From Methanocaldococcus sp. 28A (GTDB taxonomy: Archaea > AGJL01 > Methanococci > Methanococcales > Methanocaldococcaceae): 64,000 bases of DNA. Below are positions 31,460 through 39,947 of this stretch, one piece after another. The notes below the pieces were generated by a model that worked only from the letters and a program-made list of their open reading frames with translations, did not search any database and had not been told where the DNA came from. The number at the start of each line of letters is the position of its first letter. Within the stretch, counting starts at the first letter, position 1. Location: the NCBI GenBank assembly GCA_049852185.1, contig CP187540.1; one strand, written 5' to 3'. The position numbers and the translations under genes are program-made.

Positions 31460-32893
31460 GTGGAAGTGTTGGAGGTTGTTAAGAAAAAAGATGTTGAAGG
31501 AATTCTACATATTTTGGGAGGTATTATAAGTATTATTGGGTTTTTCACTTTAGTTCCTTGTATTGTTGCTATATACTATAATGAAAAGACTATATTTGAT
31601 TTTTTAATACCAGGGATATTCTTTACTATATTTGGATTTATATTAAAAAAGGTTACTAAACCAAGAAATTTAAAATTACATCATACCATGATTGCATCAG
31701 CATTATCTTGGTTAGTTGCTTCACTTATAGGAGCTATTCCTCTATATTTATCAATACCTTATTTTTCTTATGTTGATGCCGTATATGAAAGCATGTCTGC
31801 TTGGACTACAACTGGAATGACATTAATTCCTAATGTTGAGATTTTACCAAAATCTGTTTTATTTTGGAGGAGTTTTCAGCAGTGGATTGGAGGAGTTGGG
31901 ATTTTAGTTTTATCCGCCCTTGTTTTAGCAAGGTCTGGAACTGTTGCTTATCTTTTATATACCTCTGAGGCAAGGCAGGAAAGAATAATGCCAAGTGCCA
32001 TAGGAACAATAAAAACAATTGTATGGATTTATGTTTTATATACTATTTTAGGTGTTCTTTTGTTGTATTTAGCTGGTTTAAGTTTTTGGGACGCTTTAAA
32101 TCTAACTATGACAGGGCTATCCACAGGAGGAATGAGTATAAGCAATTATAGTTTTCCATATAATGATTTTGCCAAGATTGTTATGATTGGTATAATGATG
32201 ATAGGGGGTGTTATATCTTTCTCTATACATCATAAAATATTGACTGGGAAATATTTTAACGATATCCAAACAAAGTATGCATTAATTGTAATAACAATAA
32301 CTTCAATAATTATTTCAATAAAAGATAAAGTTCCAATAATTGATTCTCTCTTTACAGTAGTTTCAGCAATGACATCTACAGGATTTACAACTATAAACAT
32401 TAGCAATCTTTCAAATTTCTCTTTATTTTTAATTATATTTTTAATGTTGATTGGTGGAGGAGCTGGAACAACAACCGGAGGGGTTAAGATAATTAGATTT
32501 TTGGTTATACTAAAGGCACTTTGGTATGAAATAAAAGAAATTATTTATCCAAAATCAGCTGTAATTCACGAGCATCTTGATAATATTGATTTAAATTATA
32601 ATATAATTAGAGAGGCATTTGTTGTATTCTTTTTATACAGTTTTTCTTCATTTTTAATAGCTTTAACATTTATATATTTAGGATATAGCCCTTATAAATC
32701 TATATTTGATGCTATTTCTTTTACTTCAAATATAGGTATATCTTTGGGTGTAGTTACATTAAATACCCCAACAATAGGAAAAATAGCTGGAATTATAGGT
32801 ATGTGGATTGGTAGATTAGAGATTATCCCAGTGCTTATTATGTTTGCCACTTTGTATTTAAAAGTTAGAAAAATTATTAAAAATAGAAATTAA
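31460..32893 (+). CDS. trkH: Trk potassium uptake membrane subunit
   Basis: Pore motifs TTTGMT, STGG, TSTGF, GTTTGG, SNIG, GRLE. Confidence 0.92.
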   Translation: MEVLEVVKKKDVEGILHILGGIISIIGFFTLVPCIVAIYYNEKTIFDFLIPGIFFTIFGFILKKVTKPRNLKLHHTMIASALSWLVASLIGAIPLYLSIPYFSYVDAVYESMSAWTTTGMTLIPNVEILPKSVLFWRSFQQWIGGVGILVLSALVLARSGTVAYLLYTSEARQERIMPSAIGTIKTIVWIYVLYTILGVLLLYLAGLSFWDALNLTMTGLSTGGMSISNYSFPYNDFAKIVMIGIMMIGGVISFSIHHKILTGKYFNDIQTKYALIVITITSIIISIKDKVPIIDSLFTVVSAMTSTGFTTINISNLSNFSLFLIIFLMLIGGGAGTTTGGVKIIRFLVILKALWYEIKEIIYPKSAVIHEHLDNIDLNYNIIREAFVVFFLYSFSSFLIALTFIYLGYSPYKSIFDAISFTSNIGISLGVVTLNTPTIGKIAGIIGMWIGRLEIIPVLIMFATLYLKVRKIIKNRN

Positions 32894-32957
32894 TGTTATT
32901 TTACTATCTATTTTTAACCATATAACTTTATAAAATAAACTTACTGTTTTCATTTTA

Positions 32958-33817
32958 GTTTTCATACCGAATCGGTCTTATTTTAATTATCGAAACAGAC
33001 TTTAAGTGTTATAAAGGATGTCATGTTTTCATACCGAATCGGTCTTATTTTAATGTAGAAAATGCTAATAATAATGTTGCAATAAGGAGTTTTCATACCG
33101 AATCGGTCTTATTTTAATGTCGTTTGAGTGCAATCAATGTTACATATGCGATAAAGTTTTCATACCGAATCGGTCTTATTTTAATTTTTCAGAAGAGGAT
33201 TTAATTAATTTTGTTAAAAGTGTTTTCATACCGAATCGGTCTTATTTTAATTTAGAAATCCTTTTGAACTTGTTAAAATTGCTCCATTGTTTTCATACCG
33301 AATCGGTCTTATTTTAATTGTTTTGTATTTGGTTGAGGCCAGATTATTTAGTAGTAAAGTTTTCATACCGAATCGGTCTTATTTTAATTTGCTTTGTTAT
33401 TTGCCGAATTTAATAAATTTGAGAATAATGGTTTTCATACCGAATCGGTCTTATTTTAATGTCATCAACGTCTAATGGTTTAATTGTTAATTCATTACCT
33501 TGTTTTCATACCGAATCGGTCTTATTTTAATTGGATAAACACAAAGGAAGATGCTGAAAGATTGAAGGGATTAGTCTTGTTTTCATACCGAATCGGTCTT
33601 ATTTTAATAGAAATACGCCGCTACTGTTCTTTATTCCTGAGCTATTCGAGTTTTCATACCGAATCGGTCTTATTTTAATTTTAGAGAATATAAAAGATTT
33701 TGAAAAAAGTAAGTTAGTTTTCATACCGAATCGGTCTTATTTTAATAATTTCTAAAATGACCGAAAATGGTTAGCATCAAATAGTTTGTTTTCATACCGA
33801 ATCGGTCTTATTTTAAT
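32958..33817 (-). CRISPR. CRISPR array: 13 identical 30-bp repeats, 12 spacers of 34-47 nt
   Basis: Repeat (+) GTTTTCATACCGAATCGGTCTTATTTTAAT at 32958, 33025, 33089, 33156, 33222, 33289, 33359, 33431, 33502, 33579, 33650, 33717, 33788. Transcribed form ATTAAAATAAGACCGATTCGGTATGAAAAC has an ACCG/CGGT stem and a GAAAAC 3' end. Confidence 0.99.
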
Positions 33818-34180
33818 AGGAGGCATTTTTTGAATTAAACGAAATTAAGCATTTTTAAATCTTTATTTTATAGGGGGTATATTACGACCCCCCAATTACT
33901 TGATTTCTTTATATACCCTAACTAATATAAATACTTTACGGTATTGTGTTAATCAAAACAATAAAACCCCTAAATCTAAAAAATCAAATTATCTATCGGG
34001 GAAATCTAAATATAAAAATAATTATCTAAAATCTCCTAAAAATCTTACTAATTTAATACATCTAAATAAGTAAAATGTTAAAAATAAACTACCCTTAGAA
34101 ATTAGCTAAAAATCCTTAAAATCAAAAAATATTCCTTTAAAAATTTCTAAATTAAAAATAAAAAACTTTTAGCGTGATAA
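33818..34180 (-). promoter_or_regulatory. CRISPR leader
   Basis: Long AT-rich noncoding tract on one side of the array, with minus-strand AAAGTATTTATATT (BRE/TATA-like, ~33925-33938) and a GGGGGT/ACCCCC hairpin. The distal part has a homolog at 55059-55218. Confidence 0.8.
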
Positions 34181-34308
34181 ATGTTATTTAAACTACTCCT
34201 TACAATATAATAAAATACACAATCATCAACGTAAATTATTTAAGCTTTATTATAATTTACCATATTCTTATCTAAAAATTTTATAAGAATTTATGAGCGT
34301 GAGGAATT

Positions 34309-35157
34309 ATGATGAATCAAATAAAAACTTATTTGTTAATGGCTTTTCTTGTAGGGTTGATTTATGCATTTTGTATAATGTTACATATTCATCCACTACT
34401 TGCTATACTCCTTGCTTTAATTCCAAATATTATATCATACTATTACAGCGATAAATTTGTGTTAATGAGCTATAATGCAAGAATTTTGGAAGAGCATGAA
34501 ATGCCATGGTTGCATCAAATGGTTGAGAGAGTTGCAAGAAAAGCAGGATTACCAAAACCAAAAGTAGCTATAGTTCCTACAATAACACCAAATGCATTTG
34601 CTACTGGAAGAAACCCTGAAAATGCTGTTGTAGCTGTAACTGAAGGAATTCTGCAATTACTATCTCCAGAAGAGTTGGAAGGAGTTATAGGGCACGAAAT
34701 ATCACATATAAAGCATAATGATATTTTAATAAGCACCATAGTAGCTACCTTAGCTGGAGCTATAATATATATTGCTGAATGGATGAAATGGGGCTTGTTT
34801 TTTGGATATGAACATGAAGAAGATAATCCATTAGAATTAATTGGAACAATTTTGTTATTAATCTTGGCACCAATTGCGGCTACATTAATCCAATTTGCAA
34901 TTTCAAGGCAGAGAGAGTTTTATGCAGATGAAGAAGGAGCTAAGCTCACACATCCATTATGGTTGGCTAATGCATTAGCTAAGTTAGAGAGAGGAGTTAG
35001 TATTTATCCATTAGAGAAAGGAAATCCAGCAACAGCACATATGTTTATAGTAAACCCATTTAGAGAAGATTTCATTATGAAACTTTTCTCTACCCACCCA
35101 CCAACAGAAGAAAGAATAGAGAGATTGTTAGAGCTCTGCAAAAAAATAAAAAGATAA
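34309..35157 (+). CDS. htpX: Zinc metalloprotease HtpX
   Basis: PNAFATG, HEISH, REFYAD, STHPP. Confidence 0.96.
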   Translation: MMNQIKTYLLMAFLVGLIYAFCIMLHIHPLLAILLALIPNIISYYYSDKFVLMSYNARILEEHEMPWLHQMVERVARKAGLPKPKVAIVPTITPNAFATGRNPENAVVAVTEGILQLLSPEELEGVIGHEISHIKHNDILISTIVATLAGAIIYIAEWMKWGLFFGYEHEEDNPLELIGTILLLILAPIAATLIQFAISRQREFYADEEGAKLTHPLWLANALAKLERGVSIYPLEKGNPATAHMFIVNPFREDFIMKLFSTHPPTEERIERLLELCKKIKR

Positions 35158-35169
35158 AATGGTGGCATT

Positions 35170-36312
35170 GTGGAAAAAGATTTAAAGGTAATAACAATAG
35201 ATGAACTAAAAAAATACATTAGGAATAATGATGAAGACAAAATAGATGAGGTTGATATTGTAACCTCTGCAACTTGCGGAATAATGTCTGGAACTGCAGG
35301 AATTTTCCATATTCCTTTTAATGAAATTTTTAAAAAAGCAGAGGAGATATATTTAGATAACATCAGAGGAGTTGTAGGCGTTTGTCCTAACGAATATTTG
35401 GGAAAAGTTGATGCAATATTTTATGGAGAAGTTGGGTTTTTGTTTAAAGATTTAGTTAAAGGTAAAACTGTTGAGGCAAAAGCTGTAAGTGAAGGAAAAA
35501 TATACAAAAATGAGATTACTATAGAAGATTTACCAACAGCTAAGATGATTGGGACAAGAATGGCTTTCAAAAATTATTCTGCAATAACAAATTTGACTAA
35601 TAAAGAAGTTAATACTATATTCCATAGATTACCATTAAAAAAAGGTGAAGCTTCTTTCTCTGGTTGTGGGATGTATAATCCATTAGAAAATATGGTTATT
35701 AAAGATGAAAAAGACGTTGTTGGAAAAAAAGCTCTATTAAATGGAGCTGAAGCAATAATATTAGGATTTGGAACAAGGTCATCAATAAAAAAGCCAAATT
35801 TAATGATGTCTGCAGATATGAAAGACATGAACGCTTATTATTTAGGTGGATTTGTAACATCTAATGGCATAGAAATATACAATACAATAGCCATTCCAAT
35901 TAAAGTTGATGAGCATAAAGAGGCATTAAAAAAGCTTGATAAAGACATTGCATTACCATTAGTTAATATATTTGGTAGAGAAATTATAGATGTTGGAAAT
36001 TATGCAGAAGTTTGGGAAGATGTAGATTTGAGACCAAAAATTTATTTAGATAAATGTAAAAGCTGTGATAGATGCTTAGCTGAAGAATATTGTCCAACTT
36101 TTGCAATAAAAAAAGAGAATGGAAAAATAAAAATAACTGAAGATTGTTTTGGTTGTGGGATTTGTAATATCTGTCCTTATGGAGTATTCAAAACAAAACT
36201 TGGCTCTATATGTGGAATACCAATAACATGTAGGCAGTCAGATAGAAAGAGAGCTTTAAAATTAGCTAAAGAGTTAAAGAAGAAAATAGAAAGTGGAGAG
36301 TTTAAGATATAA
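35170..36312 (+). CDS. Methanogenesis marker 16 metalloprotein (DUF39-like with ferredoxin domain)
   Basis: VTSATCGIMSGT, GVCPNE, SFSGCG, CxxCxxC...CP, CFGCGIC, ITCRQSDR. Confidence 0.78.
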   Translation: MEKDLKVITIDELKKYIRNNDEDKIDEVDIVTSATCGIMSGTAGIFHIPFNEIFKKAEEIYLDNIRGVVGVCPNEYLGKVDAIFYGEVGFLFKDLVKGKTVEAKAVSEGKIYKNEITIEDLPTAKMIGTRMAFKNYSAITNLTNKEVNTIFHRLPLKKGEASFSGCGMYNPLENMVIKDEKDVVGKKALLNGAEAIILGFGTRSSIKKPNLMMSADMKDMNAYYLGGFVTSNGIEIYNTIAIPIKVDEHKEALKKLDKDIALPLVNIFGREIIDVGNYAEVWEDVDLRPKIYLDKCKSCDRCLAEEYCPTFAIKKENGKIKITEDCFGCGICNICPYGVFKTKLGSICGIPITCRQSDRKRALKLAKELKKKIESGEFKI

Positions 36313-36322
36313 AAATAAATTT

Positions 36323-37483
36323 TTAATGCACCCTATAATTTTCAACAATCTCTTTTATTGCATTAACGACATACTCAACTTGCTCCCATTCTAAGCCATA
36401 AACACTCATCTTTATCTCTTTAGTAACCCCTGCCCTTATCCCTCCAATACCTCTCTTCTTCAATTCATCATAGAAGAAAAATCCTCTTCTCTTATCCTTC
36501 TTAGCTATCTCATCCAATATAGGCGTTTCAAATTTAGTTAAATCATGTTCTTTTGGTTTAATTCCTAACTGTTTAAAGCCAATTTTTTCAAGTTCATCAA
36601 CTACATATCTTGTTTTTTTAAGCTCATCATCCCATTTTTTAACTCTCTCAACAACATGAGGAAAGCTCGCCATTAGAGTTACTATTGGGAGACCTCTACT
36701 TGTGCATCCAAGCATCTCAATTTCTTTAACTGGGAATTTTTCTGATGTTCTTGTTATCTTATTGGCAAACTCTTCACTAAATGCCAAAACCCCACAAGGA
36801 GCTGATGCCGCCATACTTTTATGCCCTGAAGCTACAATAAAATCAGCTTTAACTTCTTTTCCATCAACTGGCATTCTTCCGACTGTATAAGCACAATTTA
36901 GCAAAAATGGAATTCCTTTTTCTTTAGCAATTTTTCCAACTTTTTTAGCATCATTTAAGTTTCCATATTCTCCATCAACGTGAGTTAATAATATTAAACC
37001 AACATTTTTTCCTTTATCTTCTAAATTGTCTATAACTTCTCTATAACCCTCCAAGTTTATTTTATATGTAGGATACTCTTTTTCATAACCAACTTCAGCA
37101 ACATTTAACTTAGCTCTTTCAGCAGAAACATAACTTGTGTAGTGTGCATTTTTATCTAAAACCACATAATCTCCTTCATTACATATTGAATGCATAACTA
37201 TAAACTTTCCCTCCCTTGCTCCATGAGTAGGTCTTACATAATCCATATTTAAAAATTTGGCTACATCATTCAAAAACTCCTTTATTGGTGGGCAAGTTAT
37301 CTCATCCAACCTACCATGGCAGTAATCACAAACACTATATCCATCCCAATATTCATAAACTGCCTTTTTAGCTTCTTTTGGCAATATTCCTCCTCTCTGT
37401 ATAGGATTTAAGTTAATTAACTCTCTTTCTAAGTTTCTCCTTAAATTTTTATATTTGTCTAAATTTATGTCCAAACCAATCAC
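36323..37483 (-). CDS. pscS: Sep-tRNA:Cys-tRNA synthase
   Basis: PIQRGG, GYSVCDYC, GAREGK, SGHKS, GCTSRG. Start uncertain (GTG 37483 chosen). Confidence 0.95.
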   Translation of the reverse strand: MIGLDINLDKYKNLRRNLERELINLNPIQRGGILPKEAKKAVYEYWDGYSVCDYCHGRLDEITCPPIKEFLNDVAKFLNMDYVRPTHGAREGKFIVMHSICNEGDYVVLDKNAHYTSYVSAERAKLNVAEVGYEKEYPTYKINLEGYREVIDNLEDKGKNVGLILLTHVDGEYGNLNDAKKVGKIAKEKGIPFLLNCAYTVGRMPVDGKEVKADFIVASGHKSMAASAPCGVLAFSEEFANKITRTSEKFPVKEIEMLGCTSRGLPIVTLMASFPHVVERVKKWDDELKKTRYVVDELEKIGFKQLGIKPKEHDLTKFETPILDEIAKKDKRRGFFFYDELKKRGIGGIRAGVTKEIKMSVYGLEWEQVEYVVNAIKEIVENYRVH

Positions 37484-37484
37484 C

Positions 37485-38102
37485 TCATAATAAAGCCCCT
37501 TTAATTCCATTAACTACCATCTGAACTGCAATGGCTGTAAGTATAAGACCCATCATTCTTGTTAATATTCTAATTCCCAATTTTCCAATTTTATCTAAAA
37601 CGCTCTCAGCTGAAAGCAGTGTTAAATAAGTTATCCCAAGAGATACTAATATTGCCAATATTACCAAAAATTTATCACCAAAAGTTGGAGCTTCAGCCAT
37701 TGCAACCATACAGGCAGTTATTGAACCAGGGCCTGCTAATAGAGGTGTTGCTAAAGGCATCAATGCAATTTCATCTATTTCATAAGCAGCTTCAATATCT
37801 TTCCTTTGAATTTTGGATTCTTGCTTACCTCTAACCATGTCTAAAGAAATTAATAATAGTAAAATACCTCCAGCAATCTTAAAGGCATCTAATGATATGC
37901 CAAAAAATTTTAATATCCACTCTCCAAAAAGTGTAAAAACTAATAGTATAGCCAATGTATAAATAACTGTTTTTTTTGCTACTAAGTCTCTCTCTTTTTT
38001 TGGATACGATTCAGTTAACGTTATAAATACAGGAACGGCACCAAATGGGTTTAAAATTGAGAATATTGATGTAAATGCTAATATAAAATATTGTAAATCC
38101 AT
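37485..38102 (-). CDS. MarC family integral membrane protein
   Basis: NPFG, IAGGILL, PLATPLLAGPG, RMMGLIL. Confidence 0.92.
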   Translation of the reverse strand: MDLQYFILAFTSIFSILNPFGAVPVFITLTESYPKKERDLVAKKTVIYTLAILLVFTLFGEWILKFFGISLDAFKIAGGILLLLISLDMVRGKQESKIQRKDIEAAYEIDEIALMPLATPLLAGPGSITACMVAMAEAPTFGDKFLVILAILVSLGITYLTLLSAESVLDKIGKLGIRILTRMMGLILTAIAVQMVVNGIKGALL

Positions 38103-38121
38103 GATATCACGCTAAAAATTT

Positions 38122-38838
38122 TTAAAATTTTATCCTTTTTCTAATCCCCTCATATAAATCAATCACATTTCCATTTAAAAATGCACACATTGTATATATC
38201 ACTCCTGGTGGAAGTATATTAATTCCTTCACCATTTTTGACAAAATATAATTTATCAAAGTTCAACAAACCACCATAAATAAGCCCAGCTAATTTTTTGA
38301 TATCATTAAGTTCTTCAACTGTTATAACTACAACTGGGTCATCACTCTCAGCTCCTGTATATCCTACTCCAGGAATTTTTACAGCTTCATTAGAAACAGA
38401 ACAACCAACATTATATCCAAACTTTTCCCCAATCTCCTTTACAAATAAAGCCATTTCATCAACAAAACTCTCTCCTCCGTATGTATCAAAAGCTACTATT
38501 ATAGCATCACCATATTCTGATTTTGCCTCAGCGATAGCATAAGATAAACCTTCTCCAGCTTTGTCTTTTTCTTTAGAAATTCCATTTAAGTCATTAAAGC
38601 TCTCAGCATATTTATTTAAAATCTCAAAAATTATTTTGTTATTTTCTTCAATTAAATTTTTTGGGACAAATGATGTTACAACTATATCATCACCAGTTAT
38701 ATTTGAGATACATGCTTTTATTCCTAATACAGATAATCTTTCTTTAACCTCTTTATTAACCAATTCATTAACTTTAGGATTGGTTTTTACATCATTATCT
38801 GATATATCAACTCCAATACTTACAATATATTTTTTCAT
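38122..38838 (-). CDS. Conserved hypothetical protein
   Basis: 238-aa ORF with host-like codon usage, first gene of a marC-pscS run. Confidence 0.75.
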   Translation of the reverse strand: MKKYIVSIGVDISDNDVKTNPKVNELVNKEVKERLSVLGIKACISNITGDDIVVTSFVPKNLIEENNKIIFEILNKYAESFNDLNGISKEKDKAGEGLSYAIAEAKSEYGDAIIVAFDTYGGESFVDEMALFVKEIGEKFGYNVGCSVSNEAVKIPGVGYTGAESDDPVVVITVEELNDIKKLAGLIYGGLLNFDKLYFVKNGEGINILPPGVIYTMCAFLNGNVIDLYEGIRKRIKF

Positions 38839-38945
38839 TCTCTCATCCTATTAGTTTTTTGCAAAACAACAAAAAATTTAAATTTGAGTTGATGAATATA
38901 ATAATTATAATATAATAATTATTAAGTTTATAAAATATAAAAATA

Positions 38946-39020
38946 TGCCCCGGGAAACCGCGGGGGATGAGCAACTACCCGGCAAGCGATGATTCTCCTT
39001 TGCTCCCCCGGGGCACACTT
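38946..39020 (+). ncRNA. Single-hairpin H/ACA guide sRNA candidate
   Basis: Lower stem GCCCCGGG/CCCGGGGC followed directly by ACA plus 3 nt. Bipartite pocket AAACCGC / TTTGCTCC. GATGAG...GATGAT K-turn-like pair in the upper stem. Confidence 0.82.
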
Positions 39021-39024
39021 AAAG

Positions 39025-39819
39025 TTAAATTATTGTATCTATTTTTGTATAATCTAAAATTGTTTTAGCAATGCCTAATTTCATAACATACAATTTAAAG
39101 AATTCTTCCCAATATTCTCTAAATTTTTTTATTGAATAGCTATCGTATATATAATCTATATCAACCTTTGCCTCAACCAATATCAATCCATCCGGTGGAA
39201 ATGTAGGGACACCTTCTCTATGATTTTCATCTAACAATTTATCAATCCATTCTACTGGCTTTTTTCCTTTTCCTATTAAATCTAAAGCTCCAACTATCTT
39301 TCTAACCATATTCCATAAAAAACTCTCACCAATAATATCTATTGTTAAATAAAAATCATTCTCAGAGATTTTTATATCATATATAGTTCTTATATGACTT
39401 TTTTCTTTTGACCTATCTCTTTTTGATAAATTGTGAAAGCTATGAGTCCCTATAAGCTTTTTTGCTCCCTCTTTAATAGTCTCTATATTGTAGTCAATAT
39501 TAGGCAGAATATAGCGGTAATGTCTATACTTCACTTTTGGAATTTCATCAATTTCCTTATATCCCAAAACCCAGATTCCTTTATTTTTCAACTTTGCGTT
39601 TATATATGAAAGAATAGGCTCTTTTTTTAACTCTACAATAACAAAGTTTCCTAAGGCAGAGACTCCTTTATCAGTTCTTCCTCCACTGTAAATAATTTTT
39701 TTCTTAGATAATATTCCAATATCTTCTAAAGTATTTAATAGGATATCACAAACTGTCTCTTTATGTGGTTGTTGTTGAAAGCTATATCGTCCATCATAAG
39801 CGATTTTTAGAATATACAT
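39025..39819 (-). CDS. truA: tRNA pseudouridine(38-40) synthase
   Basis: IAYDG, GRTDKGVSA, GTHSF, FLWNMVR. Confidence 0.95.
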   Translation of the reverse strand: MYILKIAYDGRYSFQQQPHKETVCDILLNTLEDIGILSKKKIIYSGGRTDKGVSALGNFVIVELKKEPILSYINAKLKNKGIWVLGYKEIDEIPKVKYRHYRYILPNIDYNIETIKEGAKKLIGTHSFHNLSKRDRSKEKSHIRTIYDIKISENDFYLTIDIIGESFLWNMVRKIVGALDLIGKGKKPVEWIDKLLDENHREGVPTFPPDGLILVEAKVDIDYIYDSYSIKKFREYWEEFFKLYVMKLGIAKTILDYTKIDTII

Positions 39820-39947
39820 GGCTTTATCACCAATGTACTTTAATATTGTAAAGTAAAATTACATGGAAATATTTATATATGACATATTTCATATTATTTT
39901 CCATATTGTTTAGATTTAAAGATTTTATATTAACTTAGGGGATATAA

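Noticed and set aside
33186-33221. Spacer superficially resembling the IS701 transposase (NFVK codons), suggesting self or IS targeting
   Set aside because: Similarity is limited to a short AT-rich stretch with mismatches; not a protospacer.
33117-33678. Three short ORFs with repeated VFIPNRSYFN / FSYRIGLIL
   Set aside because: These are translations of CRISPR repeats.
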